Assembly (NCBI GenBank): GCA_964016885.1
Contig: OZ024745.1
Span: 20,894,001-20,958,000, forward strand
Direction of reading: 5' to 3'
Length of the DNA stretch: 64,000 nucleotides
DNA from: Eledone cirrhosa
Lineage: Eukaryota
A program made the position numbers and the translations under genes. Shown piece after piece: positions 17,371 through 31,282 of this stretch. A model generated the notes under the pieces. The model worked only from the letters and a program-made list of their open reading frames with translations, did no database searches and was not told the DNA's origin. Positions within the stretch are counted from its first letter, which is position 1. The number at the start of each line of letters is the position of its first letter.

Positions 17371-17860
17371 TCTATATTTCTAAAACAGAGAATGTCTGTT
17401 TGTCTGTCTGTCTGTCTGTACAATCACTAAAACTCGAGAACCGCCCAACCGATTGTTTTCAAACTTTACACATGTAATACTTATGCTCCTGTTGAGTGTT
17501 CTGAGCAAAAAAAACTTTCAAATTTTCAATTAGGCGATTTAGCGATCTCTCTCTCTCTTAGTCTTTCTCTCTTTAGATAGATACATAGATATAACGTCCC
17601 GCCTTTATAACATCTGTCTGTATGCCTGACTGTCTCCATTACGTCATTATGACGCGATCAGTGTGTGTGTGTATATATATATATTCTTACGCCAGAGAAC
17701 GTCTTCACGAACCGAAGTATCGTCTTCCTGTTTTCCTTCGGTTGCAACGTTTTTCGAAATATTTACATCTGCGTTCACAGATTGATTTTTTTTATTTCAG
17801 AAGATCCCGTTAAGGGTGAAAGCAGCGATTCTTTGCTTAAACTTTAATCTGTTATTTTAA
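17371..17860 (+). mobile_element. Helitron-5'-end / family-H chimeric repeat (family G); copies at 29840-30338 (-) and 57691-58087 (+)
   Basis: A|TCTATA..CTAAAACAGAGAATG(TCTG)n..aaccgatt start typical of non-autonomous Helitrons; all three copies end in aaactttaatctgttatttta. Confidence 0.7.
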
Positions 17861-18135
17861 TATATATATATATATAATCATATATTCGCGTATAGATATT
17901 TAAATCTAAACAAACGTATTTATTTCACGAGGCTCGATAATGATAAATATATATCAAATATATAAGAACCTTAGAACCTCGGATAAAGTAATTAGAGTAT
18001 TCGTTCTGGCTCTCTGCTCTTTGAGTTCAAATACGGCCACTGTTTACTTTGACTTTCAACCACTCGAGGTGGATTTGAGTACATTTTTGACAGAGGCCAC
18101 CTCTCGATTCACATTGGCACCCTTCGTATATATGA

Positions 18136-18190
<55 letters not shown>

Positions 18191-18286
18191 GTGTGTGTGT
18201 GTATGTATGTTTATATGTATGTATATGTACCTATGTGTACATTGTTTCTTTTCTTACGTATTTGCTGTTTCGTATTTTCAATTACC

Positions 18287-18341
<55 letters not shown>

Positions 18342-18342
18342 T

Positions 18343-18642
18343 TAGAATTGGCGCTCTGAAATAGCGATATATATATGAATGTATATATAGTGTATTTTGC
18401 AATACACTGTATGCTTAATTAAAAGCATTTCGAAGACCTTATGCTATTGTGTTAGAGTAGTGACAGTCTCACTTACTTTACATTTTCAGCAAACAGGGGG
18501 AGATAAAGCTGACAGAGCCATGTTTCGTACTGATTGGTACTTATCATAGCCAAGTACCCCACCTGTTTGCTGAAAATCATGAATGTTTGATTCTTATAGA
18601 ATTTCTAGTAATAATCAGGTACTGATATACACTATATATACA

Positions 18643-18649
<7 letters not shown>
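18343..18649 (-). mobile_element. (TA)n-embedded cassette, family C, with degenerate hammerhead (18508-18550); second copy at 20659-20938
   Basis: Minus strand GCT-ATGATAA-GTAC caatca GTAC-GAAAC-atggctct-GTC-AGC; internal inverted repeats; homologous flanks in both copies. Confidence 0.6.
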
Positions 18650-18698
<49 letters not shown>

Positions 18699-18701
<3 letters not shown>

Positions 18702-18825
18702 CGAAGGAGTTGTGGTAAGGAACCAGATGGACCATAACGCACCAGAGTACTCAAATAGTCCAGAATAGTCCAGAAATAGCCGTTGAAACGGCTTCAGCTC
18801 TGCTGTCGGAGTCATACATTTCCCT
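18699..18825. mobile_element. Family A hairpin/tail cassette, internally deleted
   Basis: Tail aacgaagg..gtggtaaggaaccag joined to an inverted arm, bounded by (TA)n. Confidence 0.75.
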
Positions 18826-19142
18826 ATATATATATATATAGCTAAGCAAGCATTTAATTAATAAGATACACAGCTAGCGAGTTAATTGGATGACAAACAT
18901 ACAGATACACGTACATATTTTCTCAGGCAAGAACAATATATAAACAGGCTTATGTTTGAATATATTTATACACACACACACAAATCTAAACTATGATAAA
19001 TATATATATGTGTGTATATATGTTTCATGGCATCGCCTGTTTAGAGATATCTTCTTTAATTAGCGTGAATAAACATATTGAGATGTGCAGCTTATAGAAA
19101 ACCTGCACTTATATAAAATTAGAAGCATTTACACACACTTTC

Positions 19143-19252
<110 letters not shown>

Positions 19253-19861
19253 GTGTGCGTGTGTGTGTGCGTGTGTGTGTGCGTGTGTGCGTGTATGTGT
19301 GTGTCTGTGTAAGAACATATATATGGCCTCAGCCGGATGGCTGAAACAGGTAAAAGAGTATATACGTATACATATATATATGTTTACATAAATATATATG
19401 TATGCATGTATACGCGCACACAGACACATGTATATATAGTTACATACATAGAAACATATATACATACATAAATATATACATGCACAATTTTCCTCTGCTA
19501 TATTGCAGCAGGTACGCAACAGAACATACAAATGCAATGCACACATTCACATAGAATATATACATTTACATTTACCGCTTGTAGAAGACAATCCCAGATA
19601 GTCTTGTGTGATTTATATACTTAGACATAACAGAGATAGATATATACGTTATTTATCAAACAGGTAGGTAAATAGTCACACATAAGATGCACACTCAATG
19701 TCTGCACGCATGAATATATATATATATGTGTGTATATATGTGTGTGTGTGTGCATGAGTGTATGTGTATGAGTGAGTATGTGTGTGTGTGTGAATGAGTG
19801 TATATATATATAGAAGTAGTAACACAACAGTTAGTTGACCATACTGGGAACAATTGTTTCA

Positions 19862-19910
<49 letters not shown>

Positions 19911-20056
19911 AAGTAAGTCCTTCATCAGTGACCCTCCAACCGTCCCAGGCATTTCATCGCTTTAAGGGCCATATACCTCAAGTTGGTGCGAACAACGGCT
20001 AAAAAAAGTCGTTGGGACACGTAAATAAAGATATATATATATATATATATATATAT

Positions 20057-20249
20057 AACGAAGGAAATGTGGTAAGGAACCAGGTGGACCATAACGCACC
20101 AAAGTACTCAATACTTGAGGTAGTAGAGTGGGTAATAGGAACCACTAAGACCCCGACAGCTGAGCTCAAGCCGTTTCGACGGCTAATTCTGGACTCAGAA
20201 TTAGCCGTCGAAACGGCTTGAGCTCAGCTGTCGGGGTCTTACTGGTTCC

Positions 20250-20250
<1 letters not shown>
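20057..20250 (-). mobile_element. Family A hairpin/tail cassette in (TA)n
   Basis: ~55-bp arms around ttctg-gact-cagaa plus ~80-bp tail on the left. Confidence 0.85.
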
Positions 20251-20274
<24 letters not shown>

Positions 20275-20280
<6 letters not shown>

Positions 20281-20641
20281 GTGAGGTTTTTTTTACAAAT
20301 TGAAAAATAACCGAGGTGTCCTACACGAGTGAAAGTATAAAGAAAAAGAGATGAAATCGAAAATGCAACTGGAGTCTTATTTTTTTTAAAAATAATATAT
20401 ATATTTATTTGGTTCCTTTACCGGTTTCGCAGTACTTCTGCTTTTCAAAAGTAGAGTTCAGATGGAGGGTCTGTGGTTTTTCTCACATCTGTGAGAAAAA
20501 CCACAGACCCTCCATCTCAACTCTACTTTTGAAAAGCAGAAGAACTGCGAAACCGGTAAAGGAACCAAATAAATATATATATTATTTTAAAAAAAAATAA
20601 GACTCCAGTTGCATTTTCGATTTCATCTCTTTTTCTTTATA
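20275..20641 (-). mobile_element. Family B hairpin/tail cassette in (TA)n
   Basis: ~150-bp arms (20336-20487 / 20490-20641), 2-nt loop, 60-bp tail; contains GAAACCGGTA hammerhead 3' half. Confidence 0.85.
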
Positions 20642-20933
20642 TATATATATATATATATGGATTGGTGCTCTGAAATCTGAAATAGTAATGTATAATTAGT
20701 TGATATTCTTATAGAATTCCAGTAATAATCCTGTTTATTACTGGAATTCTATAAGAATCCAGCCTCTATAATTTTCGGCAGAGGCTCTGTGAAACAGAAT
20801 CTGTCAGCTTCTCTCCTTTCCTTTGCCGAAAAAAGAAGTAAGTGACACAGTCACTACTTTAAAATGATAGCGCAAGGTCTTCAAAATGTGTTTAATTAAA
20901 CATACGGTATATTGCAAATATACTATACATACA

Positions 20934-21164
<231 letters not shown>

Positions 21165-21400
21165 AACTTACTATTGTTTTTCTTATATTTATTCCCGAGA
21201 ATATTATGGAGAGGTGGGTCAGATTTCTCAGACACGCCTTCCAGAAGATACAATCAGAAGAAACTGTCTCCAATAGATGAGGCTGGATCGCCAAGCGAGA
21301 TCAGCCGAGCTTATGGACGTCATCCAATCATTTTGCTCGTTTTACCTTTGAGTTCCCTGTACTTTTACACTATAGTTTCATGCTAATATCCAGCAGTTTT

Positions 21401-21505
<105 letters not shown>

Positions 21506-23077
21506 GTGTGTGTGTGTATTCAGTACTTGTCATTCTGAACTATAGTTTAATCCAGCAGTTTGACACCTATCTTCAGGATATTCCTGTCGTAGTTGTTGAA
21601 GCAAAAGACAGCATCGTTTTTTACTATTTTACGGAGAAAAAAAATGTCTCTCTCTGCTGTTTATAACACCCAGAAAGCACACACGCTGACACTAACACGT
21701 GTGTACGGACTGTTAAGCTAGAGTGAGTTAAATCTTCACATTTTGGAGATCCTATCTCCAGTAATTCGAACACTCAGATACAAAAGCCTTTCTCGACTTC
21801 CTAGAAATAAGAGCCAGACGTCCCTCAACTTCATATTTATTGCAAGATAAAATATAAATACACTATCATCGGAGATTATTAAAAAATACTGATAAGTTCA
21901 TATGCTGCATATTATGAAGGATTGATGCTAGAGCTATGAAATCTCGCACGCATTCATTTCAACTCTTATTAATAACTGCATAGTTTCGTTTCAAGGACTA
22001 TGTTGGAACATAAACCACATTTGGTCATTCCATGAGAGTATCATGATCAGCCTATGAATTTTTCAGCCGACTCCCGTAAGTCCATAGATACGGAAAGAGT
22101 GTGGGTGGTGGATAGAGTGGAATTAAGAGAAGCCGAGATATAGGAAGAACGTAAGAGGGAAATATGGAGAGCATTGATAAGAAAATTATACTAGCTCTCC
22201 AAACTCAGCCTCTCACCGCCACTCCTTGTTTTAAAATACCAACCACCCACGTTCAACCTCCTCATTTCTCTCTCTTTCCACCTCTCCCAAACCATTTACC
22301 CACCTCTTCCTAATATCACACCATTGCGGTGTTCTAATGTGATATCTCGGGGACCGATAATGGCTGTTAGTCGCCGTTGGGCTCCCACTGCTGTTCATGG
22401 CAGACATATCCTTCAACTTCTAGTCTCTCTCAAACCCCACCTCATTCGAAACTCGACTGTCCTCTTTGTGGTTGCTTCACACACTCATTAACCCTCCCCC
22501 CCATCCTTCCCTCAACATCGTCTCCACCATACACACACATACGCTCTCCCACCCTCACATATTTATACAGACATACATTCGCGTATTTACATAGACACAC
22601 TCAATAATCCTAGCACAGAGAGTCTACTCATTAGCGCACACATAGACACACGCATGCGCTCTCTTTCACATGCACGCCGTTCTTACTTCTCTTCCCACCG
22701 ACATCCATATTTATATTCATATCTTTGTTGCCTCATTATTCGCTATTCACCGCGACACACACACCTTTATACCGTAACCTTCAAGCACCTTTAACTCCAC
22801 ACACCAACCTAACTTACTGCCATCGCTATTGAATAATCTTGACAAAATAACGTCGAACCTACACCACATATACATCCACCATTTTACTTGGAAATCTATC
22901 ATCTGACTTGCACCGCCCCCCAGGCGCCGCTCTTCACAACTGACTGCCTGAGCGTCCGTTAACCTGTCCTGAAATTCCCCAAACCAACCCAAACTGTTCT
23001 AAACCACCCTCTCTTTCTCTCCCTCTTTCTCTCTCTGATTATATGTATATATAAATAAATCTCTCTCTCTCTCTCTC

Positions 23078-23122
<45 letters not shown>

Positions 23123-24591
23123 GTGTGTGTGTGTATGTGCGTGCGTGTGTGGTGTGTGTATGCATGAGTATGTGTGTATAAATACATATATATATTTCTC
23201 TCCTTCGACCCATCTCTCTCTCTCTCTCTCTCTCTCCTACGATTTAACTACCAGCAAGCAAGCCTCTTGTCCTAGAAGCTACTTAACAAACCAACCAACC
23301 CCCCTCTCGATAATCTGGCTAACTCCCCACCCAAAATCAATCGACAGACAAACCAGTTTATGAGCCAACGAGGAAGCCTCTACAAAATTGCATGTTCAGC
23401 TAGAAATAGCCGCCGATTTCCCTCAAAACATACCTTAAGAAAATGAATTTGTTTTTTGAGAATAGGACCCTGGGTTTCCTGAAAATTGTTCAGCTTCATC
23501 AGAGTTAGCTAGCTGATAAGCTACAACCAAATAACCTATGAAACGCACAAGTTATATTCTTCCCTCCTTACAATCTGAGATTGTTCCAGTCAACTCAACT
23601 GGCAAAAATGAGTTGTACATGGAATTCGAAGGTCAGGCTTGTCACATTCTGTGACACTCTGAATCTCCCTGAGAACTACGTTAATGGTACGCGTGTTTCT
23701 GGAATGCTCAGCCACTGGCACGTTAATTTCATGAGTATGTTGTTCCGTTTCTCGTATCAACAGGAATACACGTCGTGACCAAAAGAGTGCCACTGCAAGT
23801 GGCTAAATAGTGATTTTCTAGCTAAGATGTCTCCATTTCTGATTGGTTCGGTTGATGCCTTGCTGACTATATCTTTGTTGACAATGAACATTTTATACAA
23901 AACACAAGTTATTCAAACTTTGCTATAAAGTTCTCTCTACTAATTTATTTCAACCAATTCATCAAAGACATTGTGATATCTCTTTGATTCATCTAAAGAA
24001 TTCCTTGATGTCCAAAAACTTTGGGTGGTTAGTTTAAATAGAGACCTTGTGAAATAAGATAGATGTTGATTTTGTTTGATTTCAATTGCCGTTATAAGTA
24101 CGTTGGTTAGTTGATTCGATTGCGAAATGATTGTTGCTGGTTTATTGTTGTTGTTGGTGTTGTTGGTGTTGTTGTTGGGGGTATGGTCGACAGATTACAT
24201 GGTTAAATGTGTGTAGATACATTGTATATTTATGTATGTATGAAAGTATTTTGTATGTATGTATCAAAGTATTATGTATGTATGTATGAAAGTATTATGT
24301 ATGTATGTATGAAAGTATTATGTATGTATGTATGTACGTACGAAGATTGACTGGAAAGCTCATAGGTTGACCAAGATAACAAACCTCATTTGGAATGACC
24401 AAATGAAGTTTATTTTTTGACATAGTCCCTTGAAAGAAACAATCTATTTTAATAAGAAGAGATGAAAGTAATGCATGCAAGATTTCAAAGCTCTAGCATC
24501 AGTCCTTCATAGTCAACCTATGTATGTAGAGCGAAAGCAGAATTTGCTTTCATAAACGTCTAATCTGTGCTATTATATATATATATATATA

Positions 24592-24660
24592 TTGTTATAC
24601 TTTGGGAGGGTCATGTTGCCAATAAGAAACACACGCACCAATTGCCTTCACTTCAATTTA
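24592..24660 (+). repeat. Unclassified dispersed repeat starting TTGTTATA..TGGG(G)AGGGTCAT; copies near 25632 and 49880-50035
   Basis: Three similar starts in the window. Confidence 0.55.
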
Positions 24661-24674
24661 TTCAGAAACGAAAT

Positions 24675-24758
<84 letters not shown>

Positions 24759-24761
<3 letters not shown>

Positions 24762-24909
24762 TAAGTTATTCCGGGTTGAATCGGAGGTAACCATAGTAAG
24801 TAGGGTACTCAATACATACCAGAGTATAACAGTTTTAATATAGATGAGATTCTACAGGACTAGAACTGTTTCATTCTTTAGAAAGTAGAATCGTCCTGTA
24901 GAATCTCAT
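24759..24909 (-). mobile_element. Family E (TA)n cassette with 17-bp inverted arms; related sequence at 48270-48410
   Basis: atgagattctacaggac / gtcctgtagaatctcat arms; minus strand ..GA-ttct..agaat-GAAAC-agtt-CTA. Confidence 0.55.
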
Positions 24910-25081
24910 ATATATATATATAGTATTAAGGATAGTATTTATGGTTATGTATATACTAAAACCTTTTATAGTTATATATATTTTAAACCCTAAATAGTGA
25001 AAGGCAGTAATTTATTACTACCTTATTACCAGTAAGATAAATAGTCCAATGTAACAAGATCAGTTGTTCTACAGAGCAGTT

Positions 25082-25537
25082 ATATAGAAAATACATGAAT
25101 CAAAGTTCTGTTTAAATCATTTATTTGCTTACAATTGTTTCTTCCAAACCGAGGTTTGGAATCTTCGGTGCAATTTTTCAATGATTTTTTACATCCTTGG
25201 CCTCCTGCATGCCCCACGTGTAACTATTGCATACACTAACTACTTCAAACTATCCTCTTGCTTTATCTTCGTAAACTGCCAATGTTGTACTTTAATTTTG
25301 TCCTTTAATATGTCTTTAATCTTTGTATGTATATTGCCATGCTATATTATTATAATGGATGTCAACCCACTGTGCATCAACATATACATATGTTTCTATA
25401 TGTCTCTTGTGTTGGAAAGGAGGTCAAGGATGTAAAAAATCATTAAAAAATTGCTCCGAAGACCTCAAACCTCGGTTTGGAAGAAACAATTGTAAGCAAA
25501 TAAATGATTTAAACAGAACTTTGATTCATGTATTTTC

Positions 25538-25540
<3 letters not shown>
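25082..25540. mobile_element. Family D: ~125-bp inverted arms around a ~210-bp spacer, each arm with a hammerhead (25125-25173 minus, 25451-25499 plus)
   Basis: TTGCT-CCGAAGA-stem II (TTCCAAAC ctcg GTTTGGAA in the left arm)-GAAAC-AATT-GTA-AGCAA. Confidence 0.8.
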
Positions 25541-25633
<93 letters not shown>

Positions 25634-26107
25634 TGTTATACTTGGGGAGGGTCATATTGTTGTAATAATATTGTGACAGAAATAATAACAGACCACACTC
25701 ACTGTTTGGTTGGTTTTCGCTTCTGTATCTTTTGTATTTCCATAGTTAATTTATTTGGCAATCAACATTTATCATTGATTAACCAACGGTTAAATTACAG
25801 ATATAAATATATATATATATATAGTCTATCAAAGTTCTTTCGTTGCACATCTGCAACATCATCAGTGGTACTATTATGTTCCCTCCTATTGTATTGTATT
25901 GCATTGTAATGTCTACGCCATTTTTATTTTATTTATTTATTTATTTATTCATTCTTGTCTCTGTCACTGCGCATGCGTTTACGTGTGTGTATAATGTTTG
26001 GTGTGTGTGTTCGCGTTTGAGTGTATGTGATTTTGTTTTTGTATTCTATCTTTGTTTACTAGTGTGTTTTTATATGTGTTTGTTGTTATTGTACTTATGT
26101 ATATATT

Positions 26108-26479
26108 TGGACACTAATCAAGAAACTCATTCAGATGTTAGATGGGTGCTACACGAGAATGCTGAGGATGGCTCTGAACATTAATCAGTATACACTGAGG
26201 ATGACAAACTCAGAGCTGTATGGGAGCCTCCAAAAAGTCAACTCAAATGTGACACAGAGGAGACTGAGATTAGCTGGACATGCTCACTGACATCCAGAGT
26301 TGGCATTGCACTCAGTGCTCCTGTGGGATCCCCTACATTGACACACTGGAAGAGGAAGACCAAGGTTAACGTATGTTGATACCATAAGGACAGACACTGG
26401 TCTGTTGGAGACGCAGGACATGGCAGCGATAATGAAGGACAGAGACCGCTGGAGAGAACTCGTCCATGGATCTCGGTAA
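26108..26479 (+). pseudogene. RTE-clade LINE ORF C-terminal remnant
   Basis: Single frame WTLIKKLIQMLDGCYTRMLRMALN...ELYG...RRLRLAGHAH*HPE...LLWDP...GRGRPRLTYVDTIRTDTG...MKDRDRWRE with two internal TGA. Confidence 0.88.
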
Positions 26480-26916
26480 TTTTACCCGCTCTATAATATA
26501 TATGAATAAACATTGTTGTCACTTATGGAGACGAAGTGAGAGAGTAATTGAACTCATATAAAAATGAGAAAATCTTTCGCTAGAACAACCGTTAAAACAC
26601 CCAAATACTGTCAATGATAGCGATAGGTTGGGCAAAAATACCCCAGAGGACAGCGACCACTTTTCTGCGCCAACAAACCTGTCCTTGTCCTCCCCTCCTA
26701 TTTCAATTTTTTATATTTCATCTGGTTGTCACCCACCTCGTGGATTGCCGGCCACTGGCCGCTGGTCTCTGTCCTCTGCGGCACTTTTGCCATCGCTGTC
26801 ATTGACAGCAATTGGGTATTTTAACGGATGTTCTAGAGATGATCTTCTCATTTTTATATGAATATCTATATATATAAAAACATATGCGATCTTGGGCGAA
26901 TTCTATATGAGATTAA

Positions 26917-26980
<64 letters not shown>

Positions 26981-27356
26981 GGCTTCCTTGTTCAATCATC
27001 TTACCAGAAGCCTGACATTATTTATGTAAGCGGACGGTACTTGATTTAGGAGGCGCAGAAACCCATATACTGGATTTTACCAACCTTCCAGGGGTCCGGG
27101 TAAATTTTCAATACCCGAATTACTTGATCGTTTTTTTTTGCTATGCGAATGATTGTTTAACCATCGTCTCAGTGTGTTTGGCCTTCAACGTTTGTTATAG
27201 CTCTCGTTCATCTGAATCATTGAGCACTTGCCGCACATCTCGGAGTTGTTTTTCGTTATTTCGTGGGCCGAAATGCGAATCTCAATAATTTATGTTTATA
27301 TATATATATATATAGAGAGAGAGAGGGGGAGAGAGGCGGAGAGAGAAAGAGAGATG

Positions 27357-27391
<35 letters not shown>

Positions 27392-27690
27392 TGGTGTTTG
27401 TATTGGTGATGGTCGTCGTCGTGTTGGCGGTGTTTCTGACGATGGTGATGATGATAGTGGCGGCGGTTGTGTTAAGGATTGTGTTTGGACAGGTTTCCCT
27501 TTCATTTGGCACAAACACATTACTTATAGTCACGTGATGTATCTGACCTTCGAGGGTTCATGTTTGTTTATGTTGTCGGTGCTTTGAGTGTTTTGCTTTT
27601 TAGTTCTCCCCCCCCCCCCGAACACCACGAACCATCACGTCTGTCGCCGCCTCATCTTCACACACACACACTCTCTCTCTCTTTATATAT

Positions 27691-27741
<51 letters not shown>

Positions 27742-28332
27742 TATAAAGATATTTGCTTGTACACACAAACACACACACATATATATATATATTATACATA
27801 TATTTATATATGTGTGTGTGTGTTGTGTGTGTGTGTATATATATATATGTGTGTGTGTACAAGCAAATATCTTTCTATTTGACTCTCATACGCCTTCCAT
27901 AATATTCACTCACACACACTCCTATTTTCCTATCCCCCTAATCACCTCTCAATCCTTTCCCTTTTTTATTTAACCATTTATATTCTTATATGCCTGTCTA
28001 CGTGTGTATGCCTGTGTATGTGCGTATGCCTGTGTACGCGTGTATGCCTGTGTATGAGGGTGTGCGTCTGTATGTGTGCTTCTTCATATATAAACAACAT
28101 AGCCATAAACCACATAGATATACACACGTTACATCGAGCCGTGTTATAAAAAATTAGTTTGCGTAAGCTTCAATATAATAGATACTGACATACACAGGCA
28201 CACATAAACACAAACTCGTATTTATATATATATAAAGAGAGAGAGAGAGAAAATGATGTGTGTGAGACAGATATATACATTTATTGCCAACAACATTACC
28301 ATACATATACATACACCCATCTATGTATCTAT

Positions 28333-28414
<82 letters not shown>

Positions 28415-28803
28415 TATATATGTAGATAAATCTACCAAAATATACGGTAGTGTCCAATCCGTATAAAGAACTCAATGTAATCCAAATATCATGAAAAGAG
28501 AAGATGCATTCAAAAATTTTCGATGAAAATCATAGGAAAACAGTCAAGATAAATTAATAAAAACAATGAAATAAAAACAAAGAACAAGTTCCTTATATTA
28601 AAAATTCATCATTTTACGATCGTTTCTAGGATGTATATGTGTGTTGGTATGTATATCATATAGATCTATGTAAAAATATTACAAATTATCAGAGGAAATA
28701 TACATACCTTCACATATACATGCTGTCTTCAGAAATGATGAGATTTGTTTATTGAAAAAAAACAACAAAGATTTAATATAAAAGGTCTGTTTGGGAATAG
28801 GTT

Positions 28804-28947
28804 GTGCTCAAAAGGGCCACCCCTTATCAAAATAACAGATATGAGTGTAGATTATGCTCCCAGGAACTTTTTGAAATAATTAAATCTAAGGATATCCTAT
28901 TAAACAAGCAACAGGAATTAATTATATCTTGCAATCATAGAATTTGA
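28804..28947 (+). pseudogene. C-terminus of a PLE GIY-YIG endonuclease with CxxC...CxH
   Basis: VLKRATPYQNNRYECRLCSQELFEIIKSKDILLNKQQELIISCNHRI*, matching the PY....C.LC..E...I....LLNK..E....C.H PLE pattern. Confidence 0.7.
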
Positions 28948-29690
28948 AGAACTTTCAAATATTATAAACCTAATTAATATACACCTTACACTTATATTTT
29001 ACATATTATTATAATTATTTTTTTTTAAATTTAGTTAACCTATAATTAGTACTTTACTACAGAGAACTTCATAATTTTATTTTCCTCTTACAGCTCTCTT
29101 TTCCTAAAATTAATACCTAAAAGTATACCTATAAATTAATTTAATTTCCTGTTATGAATCTAGATTCCTTGTAGTTTATATAAGATTGGTATTTCTCACT
29201 ACTACTCTTATCCCATAATTTTACTTTCCTTCGATTTTAACAACACTCTTTAAAAACATCTAATTCTTATTTATCACATTCATATGAATTAATATAAATT
29301 TATCCCTATAAGTATACCTATCAATTAATTTAATTTCTTGTTATAGATCTAGATTCCTTATGATTTAAATAAGATTGGTATTTCTCACTAATACCTTTAC
29401 CTTAACATTTTATTTTCCTTCGTTTTTAACATTATTCTTTAATAACATCAAATTTTCGTGTACCCTTCACTGGCTTGACCTCTTTGCACCCCAAAAGTAT
29501 TCTTTTCATTCAAAGTATTCTTTCCATTCAAAGCATAAATCTGCACTCCTCTACCCCTAAATTAAATTTCTACTACTACTATTCTACCAACTTGACCTCT
29601 AACTACTTTTCTATTGGTCAATTCAAAACCTGTTCCCAAACAGACCTTTTATATTAAATCTTTGTTGGTTTTTTTCAATAAACAAATTTC

Positions 29691-29822
29691 ATCATTTCTG
29701 AAGACAGCATGTATATGTGAAGGTATGTATATTTCCTCTGATAGTTTGTAATATTTTTACATAGATCTATATGATATACATACCAACACACATGTACATC
29801 CTAGAAACGATCGTAAAATGAT
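29691..29822 (+). ncRNA. Type I hammerhead with ~100-nt stem II
   Basis: ATCATTT-CTGAAGA-long imperfect hairpin-GAAAC-GATC-GTA-AAATGAT. Confidence 0.75.
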
Positions 29823-30633
29823 ATTGTTATACTTTAAAATAAAATAACAGATTAAAGTTTAAGGAAAGAATCGCTGCTTTCACCCTTAACGGGATCTTCT
29901 GAAACTAACCTAAAAAATTTAATCTGTGAACGCAGAAGTAAATATCTCGAAAAACGTTACACACTATATAATATATATACACACACTATATATACATACA
30001 CACACACACACACACACAGCTACGTCATAATGTCGTAATATAGACAGTCAGGCATACAGACAGATATTATATGGGCGCAACGTTATATCTATGTATCTAC
30101 CTAAAAAGAGAAAGACTAAGAGAGGGAGAGATCGCTAAATCGCCTAGGTCCGTAGGGCATTGAAAATTTGAATTTTTTTTTGCTCAGAACACTCAATAGG
30201 ACAAATTTCTTTTGCTCAAAGCACTCACAGGACCATAAGTATTACATGTGTAAAGTTTGAAAACAATCGGTTGGGTGGTTCTCGAGTTTTAGTGATCGGA
30301 CAGACAGACAGACAGACATTCTCTGTTTTAGATATATATATATATATATATATATAACTTCCAATTTATTAATTTATTAATTTAAATAATGCATATATGA
30401 ATATATTTAATACTTTCATGTTTATACCATCATATATATTTTAACCACCAACACCACAACTATTGCAACAATCATATTATGTTCATTTTCTTCGCACACA
30501 TATAAAATATTTTTATTTATTTTGTATCATCTTCGCTATAACTTATTTATTATCACTATTTTTATTTTTTCTCTCTATTCTACTTTTTCTTTATCTTTTT
30601 TCTTTCTTTCTTTCTTCTTCCTTTCTTTCTTTC

Positions 30634-30757
30634 TTGACGCAAATTCGATTGATTAGCGGCCTTTAGACTCACCTGATCAATGAAACAATTGTTGATACTG
30701 TAAATAAAACCATTCTTGTACAGCCGACCATGTTATTCTTCACTCTTTCACTACTAT
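30634..30757 (+). mobile_element. Family M cassette with hammerhead 3' half; second copy with tail at 53882-54150 (-)
   Basis: attgattag...ctgatcaat-GAAAC-AATT-GTT; shared gaccatgttattcttcactctt end next to (TA)n. Confidence 0.55.
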
Positions 30758-30764
30758 ATATATA

Positions 30765-31282
30765 TAGGAACGAGTAGGACCCCGACGGCTGAGCTCAAGC
30801 CGTTTCGAAGGCTAATTCTGGACTAAATGAAAATTTTTATCCTGGTATATGAATAGCCGAGCTTCTCAGGGGGTAATTCCATATATGGTAAAAGTGATTG
30901 TCACAAGGATTGGTCAAAAGTTTGTTGTTGAGACACATAATTCTATCATGGCAATTTGTGGTGGGAAGGGGTAGCTGAACCTGGCAGATTCAGCTACCCC
31001 TTCCCACCACAAATTGCCATGATAGAATTATGTGTCTCAACAACAAACTTTTGACCAATCCTTGTGACAATCACTTTTACCATATATGGAATTACCCCCT
31101 GAGAAGCTCGGCTATTCATATACCAGGATAAAAATTTTCATTTAGTCCAGAATTAGCCGTCGAAACGGCTTGAGCTCAGCCGTCGGGGTCCTACTCGTTC
31201 CTATTACCCACTCTACTACCCTAAGTATTGAGTACTTTGGTGCGTTATTGTCCACCTGGTTCCTTACCACATTTCCTTCGTT
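30765..31282 (+). mobile_element. Longest family A hairpin/tail cassette
   Basis: ~215-bp near-perfect arms (30765-30979 / 30989-31204), 9-nt loop, 78-bp tail, (TA)n on both sides. Confidence 0.9.

Larger units (their letters stand above)
28608..29822 (+). mobile_element. 5'-truncated Penelope-like element with inverted pseudo-LTRs (family F)
   Basis: ~195-bp inverted arms (28608-28803 / 29628-29822), each with a hammerhead; endonuclease C-terminus begins right at the inner end of the left arm. Confidence 0.8.

Noticed and set aside
19907-20030. TA-bounded insert with minus-strand CTGATGA
   Set aside because: The motif is cut by the TA tract before any GAAA, so no ribozyme can be assigned
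23463-23505. Minus-strand CTGATGA..ctgaa/ttcag..GAAAC-ccagg-GTC
   Set aside because: No stem I pairing and not TA-flanked; could be chance or heavily decayed
26108-26479. In-frame TGA codons as selenocysteine recoding
   Set aside because: They fall at Arg/Gly-type positions in a truncated RTE remnant and are best explained as point decay; no SECIS seen
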